A stretch of DNA of 35,622 nt from Jimgerdemannia flammicorona (Eukaryota): positions 1-35,622 of the forward strand of contig RBNJ01000244.1 in assembly GCA_003990765.1 (NCBI GenBank), read 5' to 3'. How positions within the stretch are numbered: the stretch's first letter is position 1; every line of letters begins with the position of its first letter. The translations under genes and the position numbers were made by a program. The notes under the pieces are model-generated. The model saw nothing but the letters and a program-made list of their open reading frames with translations, made no database searches and was not told where the DNA came from. This document shows positions 25,264 through 35,622 of this stretch, in pieces.

Positions 25264-28200
25264 ATGAATAGTACAATCAACATTTTTTCACTGAACATAA
25301 ATGGGTTATGGAGTACTTCTCAATGAAGGAACATTTTTACCTGGCTGAAGAGATTGGAGGCCAATCTCTTTCTCTTGCAGGATGTCCAGTATAATGATGA
25401 TTTGGATAAACTGGAATGGACAAAGAAATGGGGAGGTGAGGCAGTTTGGATGAGCAAGGTTGGGATTCTGATATGGAAAGGCAGAGGGGAGATAAGGGAT
25501 ATGAAGAGCTGGGGAAATTGACTGGTCTGGGGTGAGTGGATATGTACTGGATGGGAGCCAATTATAGTGAGATCTTGTTACTGCCCTGCTATATGGGGTG
25601 AGCATATGGATGGGGTGAAGGGTCTTCAAGAGAGTGGGACACTCACAGAGGCTGGAGTAGATGTACTGGGTGGAGACTTTAATATGGTTTGAGAGGTACT
25701 GTTAGATAGAACAGATGGAGGACAAGGAGTTGAGGGTCAGAGTGGAGGGCTGGTGGCATGGGAGGAAGTAGAAAGGCTGAGTACTCTGGTGGATGTAGGT
25801 AGGAAGTGCTGGAGAGTTAGGAGGATATACATACATTTGACAGGAGGCTTGGGGATGAGAATTGATTGGATTCTGATAGCCAGCTATTGGGGTTTGGATG
25901 TTTGAAGATCACTAGAGGTGGAATGGTGTCCTTGGTCAGATCATTGGGGGATTCTAGGACAGGGTCAGTTTCAGGGGAGTGTGGATGGGCCTGGACATTG
26001 GCACCTCAATTCCTCCTTGTTAGATGATAGGATCTCATGGGATGGGTGGACTGCAGACATTTAGCTATAGGTAGAGTATTGGAGACAGGAAGGTACCTTA
26101 GTGGGTATTTGGTAGATGAGGATGAAGGAGATGACCAAGACATACTGGAGTGAGGCTGGTAAGGAGACTGGGAAACAGAGGAGGTGAAAGGTGAGATGTG
26201 CTTCCAGTAGACTGTCTAGGCTCTTAGGCAATTGGGTGAGACTGGTGACATTGGAGGGGGAGGAGAATTGGAGGTCTATAAGGGTGAAAAAGGAGGTTGG
26301 TGAACTACAACAGGTGCTGTGGGAGGAGGAAGAAGCGAGGGTGAAGGGCTTGGCAGCTAGGCTATGTTGGTAGGGTTTGGAAGAAGGGGAGAGGCCCTCT
26401 AAGTTTATCACAAGGGCCCTTTGGGCAAGGAGAGTGCAACAAAGGTAGGAGGGGGTACTCGACTCTGACAGTATTCTGGTCCATGGTATTTAAGACATTC
26501 TGGGATTTTTAAAGGAGCACTGGAGTGGATTGTAGAGTGAGGAGGAGGGTGGGGTAGATGCTGATATGATTGGCCATGGATTAGAAGATTAGCAACCCCT
26601 ACAATTAGATGGGATGGGTGACTTGGTTTTGCTAATCCAAGAGGAGGAGATCTGCCAGGTTCTCACTGTGACAATGCCAGATATAGTATCTGGCAAAGAT
26701 GGTTTGCCCTGGGATTTCTAGAAGAAGATGGTCAGGATCCCAGGAGTACTGGGGGAGATGACAGTATTGTGTGATCTTATTTTACAAACAGAGAGATGGG
26801 TGGGGGAACAGGATCTGGGGTTAGTGATATTGCTCTATAAGAACAAAGGAAGGTAAGAGAAATGGAAGAAATGGAGGCCAATTATGCTCTTGGATATGGA
26901 CAGAAAGTTGGTTACTAAGGTAGTAGGTGCAAGACTACAAGTGGTAGTATAGCAAATCTTGGGCATTGAGCAGAGGGGCTTTGTAGGGGAACAGCTCATT
27001 AGGGATGGTATGGCCTGGATACCAGGAGTTATTGAAGGGGCACAAGCTTGTAGATTGGATGGGTGCCTGGTCTTCTTGGACCAGGAGAAGGCTTATAACT
27101 GGGTGAGGCAGGTCTGGCTGGCAAAGGTTTTAGATAGGGCTGGGGTTCTGCACCAGTTCTGGTCAGTGATGGTCAGTCCACTAGAAGGGAGTAGGGTGGT
27201 GCTAATGTGTAATGGACATTGAGGGGTGGATTTTTCCCTGGGTAGGGGGGTGCCCCAAGGGGACCCATTGACCCCCATTTTGTATGCCCTTTTCCTAGAA
27301 CTACTACTGAATAGAATCAGGCGGAAAATAGTGGGGCTCTCTATCTTTAGCATTGGGTGGAAGGTAGGGGCCTTTGTGGATGATATGGTGGTCAGACTGG
27401 GATCAATTGCTGATGTTGAGGAGCTTAAGAAGACAGTGGAGGGGTATGAGGAGAACTCTGAGGTGAGACTTAATTGGCATAAGTGTGAAACAATGGTGTT
27501 AGGCAATAGTCTGATGAGTGGGGAGGTTATTGGAACAATTGTCTCTGCTGGTGAGGCAGTGTGGTACTTGGGTATCTATCTATCAGTGTATGGATCAGTA
27601 CTACCTAGGCTTTGGTGTGAGCAGTGGGTTGGCATCTGGGGGGAGGCCCTGTGGAGTTGGGGGGGCTGTCAATTGTCCCTGACATAGCATGTTATAATTT
27701 TGAACATTTACTAGTAACTGAAGTTGTGATATCTGGCATATCATCTGGACTTCCCATCCTGGGTGATGAAGTGGCTGATGAAGCTTGCCAAGGGATGGAT
27801 CTGGGCTGGAAGGAGGAGTCAGATAAGCTGGGAGGTCTTGTCCTTACCAGTGGCAAGTGGTGGTTGACTTTTCAAAGAGGCTGCACTGCTTGAGGGTTTG
27901 GTGATGAAGAGAGCTGTGGAATTGAGCGGGGGTGATTGAGTTCCCATATTGCAGAAAGTTTGGGAGAGGCAGTCCTTGCCAAGAAGCTCAACTGGCAATC
28001 TCCTTTCTCTGGTTAGACTTCAGAACACTAATCATTTGCGATATAAAGGCTTCTGGTGAGAGATAGCAGAGGGGGTGCACCACATTGGGATCCATTGGCA
28101 GGGAATGAAGGAGAGGAGGATTGGGACCCAGTGATGTGGAGATAGGACTGGGTGCTACTGGGCAGCATCCCTTTACTTGAGTTTGACATTAGTAATGGGA

Positions 28201-28903
28201 TAGCCTGCCAGAGGGAACTGGACCAGGATCTGTGGCCCAGTGGTTGGCAAGGTATAGGAATTGGCAAGGAGTGGGACTGGCATAGCATTTGGACATGGAG
28301 TGCCAAGGTGAGAAGATGGATGCTGCCGAAGTCCTGGGTGACTTGGTGGGACATGCTGAGGAGGAATGTCATGCCCAATTACCACTTGGGTCATCTTGTC
28401 AAGGGGGGTTATTTTCACTGTAAGGAGTGCTATAATGTAGGACAGGAAGGGGGTTATGTACAGATGCCTGAACATTGGCTAGGAGAGTGTGAGGTACTTA
28501 GTAACTTTTGGCAGACTGTTGGGGATCATTTAGGAGTAAGGTGTAGGGGAACTAGTATGTGGGGGTGGTGGGAGGTTTTGAGAGACAGACTGGTGGGGGG
28601 GGGTGAGAAAGGAATGGCTCATGCTTGGCTGGGCTCTGGCCATTTGGGTTGGGTTGGCTGACCACTGGTTTTTGTTTTTGAGGATAGGAGGAGACTGGGC
28701 TTAGAGGTCTGGCTACAGCAGTGGCATGGCCTTATGGAGGATACCTTGACAGGCTGGTGACTTGGTTGGGGGATACAGGGGGGCTGGAGGCATTATCTGG
28801 TAGAGAAAATTTGTAGGCAGAGTGGGGGAAGAGTAGGAGTAGTGGGAGAGAAGGTGGTCTTTACTTGGGTTGGGGTAGGGAGAGACCCCCCTATGGGGAT
28901 TAG
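25264..28903 (+). pseudogene. Copy F ORF2 (APE-RT-Cys/His finger), disrupted; 3' limit approximate
   Basis: MNSTINIFSLNINGL, LLQDV, GGDFN, WSDH, FLDQEKAY, GVPQGDPL, AFVDD, CKECYNVGQEGGYVQMPEHWLGEC. Confidence 0.9.
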
Positions 28904-28966
28904 ATAGTGGGAGAAAGACTGTATATTTAACAATAGAATGATAATAAATGGCAGAGTCCAAGTAAC

Positions 28967-29056
<90 letters not shown>

Positions 29057-29067
29057 TGCTGTGGCTA

Positions 29068-30758
29068 GGGATGGGACTACTGATGACAGTATGATGGGAA
29101 ATCAGAAAAAAAAAAGAGATGTGATAGCTGTTGATGAAGTGGGGCAGGGGTTCCTGATGCAGAAGGGGGATCTGGCTGATAGTATAACAGGACTGGCAGT
29201 TACACCATTACTCAGGAAATTGATCTCGGAGTTTGTAGTGACACTGTGCTTTCAAGACTTAGTGGTGACAGTAAGGGTGGTCTTGGGGTTTATCTTGAAG
29301 CAGGTGGCTGGGACTACATCAGTGAAGTTCCTAAAGGGTCTAGAGAGGGTTGAGGTGGGCTTTGAGGAGGCAGGCCTCCTGGAAGAGACTCTGAAGACTG
29401 GAGTGGTAGTTGGGAAGGTAGTGGTCCCCATAGTATGCTTCGTGAGGTGAGACCCCAGAGTGGTGCAGCTGCTGGTAAAGGGGGTGCCTATGGTGATAAA
29501 GAAGGAGGCTAGGAGGAGGGTGAAGGAGGTGATGGTAGAGTATGGTAATGTGGTGGATGTCAGTTTCCAGGTATGGGAGGGGACCTCCATTAGGACAGAT
29601 AATATGGATGTGAGGATTAGACTGACTGGAAGAGAGGCCATAGGAAAGATGAGCAACTGGCCCTTGGTGTTAATGTGGGGGGCTTTAGTCTGTAAGGTGT
29701 CAAGGATGAGAGGGAGTGAAGTGGAGGAAGAGGACTTGTTAGAGGCTCTGGAGGAGTACCATTGAGAGGAGGGTGAAGGCTTGGAAATTGTATGAGGAGT
29801 CGACACATCTGGAGATTGTTGATGAGAAGTATATTGGCACTGACAAGAGACAGTGGGAGAGGGCTCAAGGGCACAGGATGGAGAGGGAGTTATTGGTGAG
29901 CATGGAAGTTGGGGGTAAGATGACAACTATGGGCCCTGTGAAGTCTGGGGGAGTGGTGGCAAGTAACTGGGCTAGCCAGAGAGGAGGTGATAGGGAGAAG
30001 GGCCTGGAAGGAGCTGAGAAGGTGCCACCCAAGGACCCATTTGCTGATGGAACTTTCAAGGTCTGGGACACAGTTGTGGATAATACTCCCTCTCTGATCA
30101 GGAGGGGTCCAGCAGCAAGAGGTTGGGCAGCAGTGGACAAGCTGATACAGGGTGCTCAAAAGGTACACTTTGGGGTTCCTGATATAGCAAAGGGTGGACG
30201 GATGGTAGCAGTTGGTGAGAACAAGCTGGTGGATGTCCCTGAGGAGGGATAGGATGAGACTGGCAGTGTGGGGCTGATACCACAATGCTGGATGCAGGAA
30301 GGCCTGGGATACCAGGAGGAAAGAAGGTAGAGAACCTGCTGTGGATGAGCAAGGTGATAGATAACCTCATAGCTAAGGAGTTGGGGGAAGTGGACCTGTG
30401 AGTGATGAGTGAGGAGCACTAGGCAGGGATTCTGCAGAGAGAGGGGGTGGTGGGGGCATGGAAGGCAGAGATTCATGTGATTTTCCTGAAGGAGGAGGGC
30501 TATGAGATTAATAAGGAGAGGGAGGCAGAGCTTGCAGTTGTTGCTGGTGAGTGGGCTGCCTACTGTTGGGCTGAGCAGCATGGTTTGCAGCTCTGGCAGG
30601 AGGCTTGTCTGAAATATTGTGAGGACTTCAAGAAAAAGGAGAATGGGGTAATGGCTGAACTGCAGGAAGGGTTGGATGCACAGACTGCTGAGGAGAAGGT
30701 GTTGGCTGCTGAACATGACTTGGACTTGATACAGGAGGAGTTGAATGTGGATTTGTAG
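29068..30758 (+). pseudogene. Copy E ORF1, main part (5' part at about 22365-22662 and 23095-23120)
   Basis: Colinear with ORF1 of D: LLRKLISEFVVTLCF ... VLAAEHDLDLIQEELNVDL. Confidence 0.88.
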
Positions 30759-33316
30759 AGGCTGCAATTGATAATTAATATTATTCCTAATAAACAGTAC
30801 AACTAACATTTTCTCTCTGAATGTGAATAGATTGCAGAGTACTGGGCAGCATAAGAACATTTTTACTTTGCTTAAGACTCTGGAGGCTGATCTCTTCTTA
30901 TTGCAGGATGTATAGTGTGAGGGTGAGGAGGATCAAGTAGAGTGGACTAGAGAATGGGGAGGGAATACTGCTTGGATTGGCAAAGTGGCGATTCTGGTGA
31001 GGAAGGGTAGAGGAGATTTGGGTGGAATCAGAAGCTGGGGTGACCACTTAGTATGGGGAGTATGGCATAGACCTGGGTGGGAATCTGTTAAGATTGGCTC
31101 CTACAACTGCCCTGTGGTTAGAGGTGAGCAGATTGAGTGGATTAAGGACCTTTTGGAGGAGGGCATCCTCTTGGAGGAGGGCATCAATATTCTGGGAGGT
31201 GACTTTAATATGGTGTGGGATCCACAGCTGAATAGAACTGATGGCAGGAGGAGTGTGGGTGGGAGGAGTGGTGGTCTGTATAAGTGGGAGGAGGCAGAGA
31301 ACCTTAGCTCCTTGAGGGATATGGAGAGGATATGGTTGGGTGACAGGAGGGTCTATACATACTGGGTGAACGGGCTGGGTATGAGAATTGACTGGATTCT
31401 GACAGCTGAATGTTGGGGAGTTGATGTTTGGAGGACTCTAGAGGTGGAGTGGTGCCCATGGTATGATCACTGGGAGCTGTTGGAGCAGGAACAGTTTGGG
31501 GGGAGTGAAGATGGCCCTGGACATTGGTATCTTAACTCCTCTCTGCTGGATGAGAAGGGGTTGTGGGACCCATGGGTGGAGGAAATCTAGGAGAAGATCA
31601 CCTACTAGATATATGAGGGTTTATCTGTGGGGGACTGCTGGATGCAGTTGAAGGAGGCTGCAAGGGTATATTGGGGAGAAGCTGGTAGAGAGGCTGGGAG
31701 GCAGAGAAGAAAGTGAGTGAGGTGTACTTCTAATAGGTTGATTAGATTGTAGATGAAATATATTGATTTGCTTTCTTCTGAAGGAGTGGAGGATTGGAGA
31801 TTGATGAGGGTGAAATTAGAGGTAGTGGAGTTGCAACAGATATTGAGAGAAGAGGAGGAGATCTGTTTGAAAGGAATGGCTGCCAGATTGCAGTGGCAGG
31901 GGCTTAAAGAGGGTAAGAGGCCTACAAGTTACTTATCTAGGCTTCTTGAAGTAAGGAGGGTGCAAAATTAATGGGATGGGGCCTTTGATGTTGAGGGGGA
32001 CATGGTGTGTTACATGCAACAGATCTTGGGGGTATTGAAGGAGTAATGGAGAGGGCTGTAAAGTGAGAAGAAAGGGGGTGCAGATGGGGAGGCAATTGAT
32101 GATACACTGCAGAAGTGGATTCCACCACAAGTAGAGGGGCTTGGTGACTTGATTGAATTAGTCCAAGAGGGGGAGATCAAGAGTGTCCTTGTAGTGACCA
32201 AGCTTGGGACAGTGCTAGGAGAAGATGGGTTACCTTGGGACTTTTGAAAGAAGATTGCAAAGGTCCCTGGAGTATTGGGTGAGATGGCTGCTCTCTGTAG
32301 CCATGTTCTTCTGAATGGTGAGTGGGTTGGAGAGCAGGCCTTGGGGCTGGTGGCCTTATTGTATAAAGACAAGAGGAGGAGGGAGGACTGGAAGAACTGG
32401 AGACCAATTATATTCCTAGATATGGACAGGAAGATGGTGACTAAGGTGATTGTCGCAAGGCTATAAAAAGTTGCCCAACAGGTGCTGGGTGAGGAGCAGT
32501 GGGGCTTTGTTAGAGGTAGGCTAATAAGGGATGGGACTGCATGGGTGCATGGCATCATTGAAGGAGCCTGGGCCTGTGGACTGGATGGTAGATTGGTCTT
32601 TTTGGACCAGGAAAAGGCCTATAACTGTGTGCAGCAGGTTTGGCTCGGCAAGATACTAGATAGAATTGATGTTCCCCTATAATTTCGGACTTCTATATTG
32701 AATCTGTTGGAGGGCAGTCAGGTAGTGCTGATGTGTAATAGTTACTGAGATCTGGCATTTCCATTAGAAAGGGGAGTTCCTCAGAGAGACCCTCTGTCCC
32801 CTATTCTTTATACTCTTTCATTAGAACCTTTGATGGAAAGGATTTGCTTGAAGGTAGCAGAGCTCTCTATATATAGTATAGTGTGGAAGGTGGAAGCCTT
32901 TGCTGATGACATAGTAGTTGGACTTGGTTCTGTAGCAGATGTTGAGGTACTTAAGGAGACAGTGGAATAGTATGAGGCACACTCTGGGGTAAAGCTCAAC
33001 TGGTATAAGTGTGAGACAATAGTGCTAGGGAATGGACTAGTAGGTGGGGATGTCATTGGAACAGTTGTCCCTACTAGTGAGGTGGTGCAGTATCTGGGCA
33101 TCTTCCTTTCTGTATATGGATCTGTCTTACCACAAGTGTGGTGGGCAAGCAGAGTGACCATTTGGAGAGAAGTCCTTCGAGGATTGAGGGGCCACCATAT
33201 CTCTCTAGTAGGGTGGGTGTCAATTCTGAATGTTTACTGGTTCCCCAAGCTATGGTATATGACATATCACCTAGACTTCCCAGCTTGGGTGGTGAAGAGG
33301 CTGATGAAGATGGCTA

Positions 33317-33331
33317 GAGATTGGATTTGGG
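33317..33331. repeat. 15-bp TSD of the 1.2-kb insert (partner 34536-34550)
   Basis: gagattggatttggg vs gagattgaatttgga, two G/A mismatches. Confidence 0.88.
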
Positions 33332-34535
33332 CAGTCCCTTTCTCTGCTACCTTACTGGTTACAAGATTTGGTAGGCAACCTTCTGAGTCCCCTTTTCCCT
33401 ATTATTACCCCTCTACCTTAGGTTGGTTTGCTGTGCCTGTATGGGCATGGTGGGAGGAGGGCAATGGTGATGAGTTGCCCCTTTATCAGTGTCTAATCAG
33501 TGTCTTCTCCACTTTTTTGCAGTTTCTGGTGTCTTCAGCTGCATCTGGAGTGTATCTGTTTTGGTGCGGTGCCTTCTTCCTTTTGCTGTCATCAACAAGG
33601 TACAGCCTTGGTGTGTCATGGATTCCATAGAGAGTTGGCCAACCTTGGGCATCAAGTGCTCAGTATAGGTTACCTGCAGGTCCTTGGTGCCTGTGGTGGG
33701 GCCCTCTGGCTTTGGCAAGCTTCTCAGTGAGCATAGTTCTGATGTAGGTGACTATTTTTCAGATGTTGTTGGGATGGAAGGGGAGATGGCTGTCACAGAT
33801 AGGAGGATGGGTGATAACAGTGAACCAGTGGGGTGCTAGGCTAGGAGTGGTCATTGGGGCTAGGGCAGACAATATTTTGGTGGGGCCTTTTGATTGACTG
33901 GTGGGGGTGGGGTAGTGCAGGGGCTGGCATCCTGGCTGTACCCAACTGGAACTGAGAGCTGATATGGTAATACAATTGAGGCCTACAGGCTTGGGGAGTG
34001 GGGCCTTCATCATTTGGCAGTACCCAACTAGAACTGGGAGCTAACATAGCAATATGATCAAGGCCCACAGGCTTGGAGAGTGGGAGTGGGGTCTTTTCAG
34101 GCCCTAGCCCATGTGTAAGTCCTTTGAGGAAGGTGCTACATGTAAGTCCTTTACTCACCCACTTTGAATCTACTCTGCTCTCTGTTGGTTGGTTGGGAGG
34201 TTTTTTCTTTACCTTGGGCTTTCTTTTGTGGTTCAGGGGGCTATTCTTTATTCAGTTCTGGTGCTGCTAGATCTGACGCATAGGTGTGCTCTTGCATGTA
34301 AATGATGATCTAGTCCTAGTGAGCAGACAAGTCTAGTATATTTCATGTGGGTCAACATAGCCAGTGTTTGACAGACATAGCTGGAGCAGTGGGACTGCTG
34401 GACAATTTAGTAGCCTAGGTTAATGGTGGGATATTGTTCAGTGGATGGTGGGGGAGGGTTTTGGCCAATATAGTCTAGGTTCTCTTCTAATAAAAATCTG
34501 CAGGACTATGAGTCCATTAAATAAAAAAAAAAAAA
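33332..34535 (+). mobile_element. 1204-bp polyadenylated non-autonomous retroposon (SINE-like or LINE parasite), body unrelated to LINE ORFs
   Basis: 15-bp TSD, 5' CAGTCCCTTTCTC, AATAAA 34489-94, poly(A) 34523-34535. E ORF2 homology stops at 33331 and resumes at 34551. Confidence 0.85.
33933..34096. repeat. Two-copy 82-bp tandem repeat inside the insert
   Basis: gtacccaact at 33938 and 34020; the units differ almost only by transitions. Confidence 0.85.
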
Positions 34536-35622
34536 GAGATTGAATTTGGATAGAGAGGAGGTCCCAGATCAGTTGGGATACTCTTGCAACACTGGTAATT
34601 AGAGAAGGTCTGGGCCTTGTGGATTTCCCTAAGAGATTGCACTATCTGCAAGCCTGGTGGTTGAAGAGAGCTTTTGAACTGCAGGGAGGGAGTTGGGTAC
34701 TACTATTGTAGAAGATGTGGGAGATGAGATTCTCCCCTCAAGGGTTCTTGGGAGATTTGCTCTCTTTGATTGGGCTGAATAGCAGTCATTAGATGCAGTT
34801 TAAGGGCTTTTGGTGGGGGGTAGTGGATGGAGCACAGAATTGGCCTGCACTAGAGAGGTAATGAGGGGGAGGTAATGTGGGGTCCCAATATGTGGTGATG
34901 GGACAGACTTCTTCTGGGGGGTGCTCTACTGACTGAGTTTGATATTAGAGATGGAGTGGAGTGTCAGCAGGGTCTTGGTCAGAATTTTTGGCCAAGTGGC
35001 TGGCAGGTGGCAAGGATTGGCAAGGAGTGGGACTGGGCAGAGGTCTGATTGTGGAGTGCTGAGATATAGAGGTGGCTTCCTCCCAAGTTCTGGGTGGTAT
35101 GGTGGAGAATACTGAGGAGGAATGTTATATTGAATTTCCATACAGAACATCTAGTGGAAGGCAGACAATTAGATTGTGAAGAGTGTTATAATATAGGGCA
35201 AGTTGGGGGATTTGTGCAGATGCCAGAACATTGGCTGGGAGAGTGTGAGGTTTTGGTGGACTTTTGGATTGAAGTAGGGAATAGGCTAGGTATAAAGAGG
35301 AGGCCAGATTGTATGAGAGGCTACTGGAACTCAACTAGTAGGTAGTGTGGACAATAGTTGGCTCACTGTGGAGTGGGTGTTAGCAGTAAAGGTAGGACTG
35401 ACTGATTATTAGCTCTTTGTTTTTAAAGAGGGGTAATAGATGAGTTTATAGAAGAAGTTATTATGGTGGGAGGGGTTGTTGGGGGATCTGATGACTGAGT
35501 GATGGGTGGGTTGGGGCTACCAGGGTGGGTAACATTGTGGTCTGGTGGAGAAGATCTGTGAACAAAGTAGTGGGTGGATGGAGATGGTGTTAGACAGAGT
35601 GGCCTTTCATTGAGTAGAGGTG

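Larger units (their letters stand above)
23121..29052 (+). mobile_element. Full-length L1/Tx1-like LINE copy F (about 5.93 kb) inserted in ORF1 of E
   Basis: 5' CAAGCATCTTTCTC, AATAAA at 28943, poly(A) 28971-29052 (82 nt), TSD. Confidence 0.95.
22280..35622 (+). mobile_element. LINE copy E, interrupted by MITE 2, copy F and the 1.2-kb insert; 3' end lies beyond the window
   Basis: 5' UTR closely similar to D (tacaattYatgttacacYaacttcaagcaa). ORF1 resumes at 29068 and ORF2 resumes at 34551 after the respective TSDs. Confidence 0.92.
30790..35622 (+). pseudogene. Copy E ORF2 (APE-RT), split by the insert at 33332-34535
   Basis: LLQDV, GGDFN, MRIDWIL, WYDH, NWRPIIFLDMDRK, FLDQEKAY, AFADD, then CEECYNIGQVGGFVQMPEHWLGEC after the insert. 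Confidence 0.9.

Noticed and set aside
29106..29120. A-run followed by GAGAT, resembling another poly(A)+TSD junction
   Set aside because: An A-run occurs at the homologous ORF1 position in D (about 16445) and B (about 13760), and no duplicated partner is seen; it is internal.
28938..29450. ORF with a long poly-Lys tract
   Set aside because: Translation through the poly(A) tail of F into the resumed ORF1 of E.

Overview
Eukaryotic repeat cluster, probably fungal, with no intact host gene. It is dominated by six divergent copies (A-F) of an L1/Tx1-type non-LTR retrotransposon (ORF1 about 640 aa; ORF2 APE endonuclease + RT + C-terminal Cys/His finger). The copies are nested: on the minus strand B contains A, which contains C; on the plus strand D stands alone, and E contains F, a hAT-type MITE and a 1.2-kb polyadenylated non-LINE insert. 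Also present are a second MITE copy and a heavily decayed Ty3/gypsy chromovirus pol plus probable LTR. All ORFs are broken by C>T/G>A stops (RIP/methylation-like). Best signals: (1) all four insertions with both ends visible have a 15-bp TSD starting GAG(A/G) after T(A/G), a fifth (A) fits on its visible side, and all nested insertions lie in the same orientation as their host; (2) the 1.2-kb insert at 33332-34535 uses the same target rule and shares 5' and 3' terminal motifs with the LINE, so it looks like a non-autonomous partner element; (3) no copy has the canonical APE metal-binding Glu (LQD/LQN instead of LQE), and ORF1 has no Gag knuckle but has a conserved acidic C-terminal domain. Coordinates were read by eye, and ORF ends in the decayed copies are approximate.
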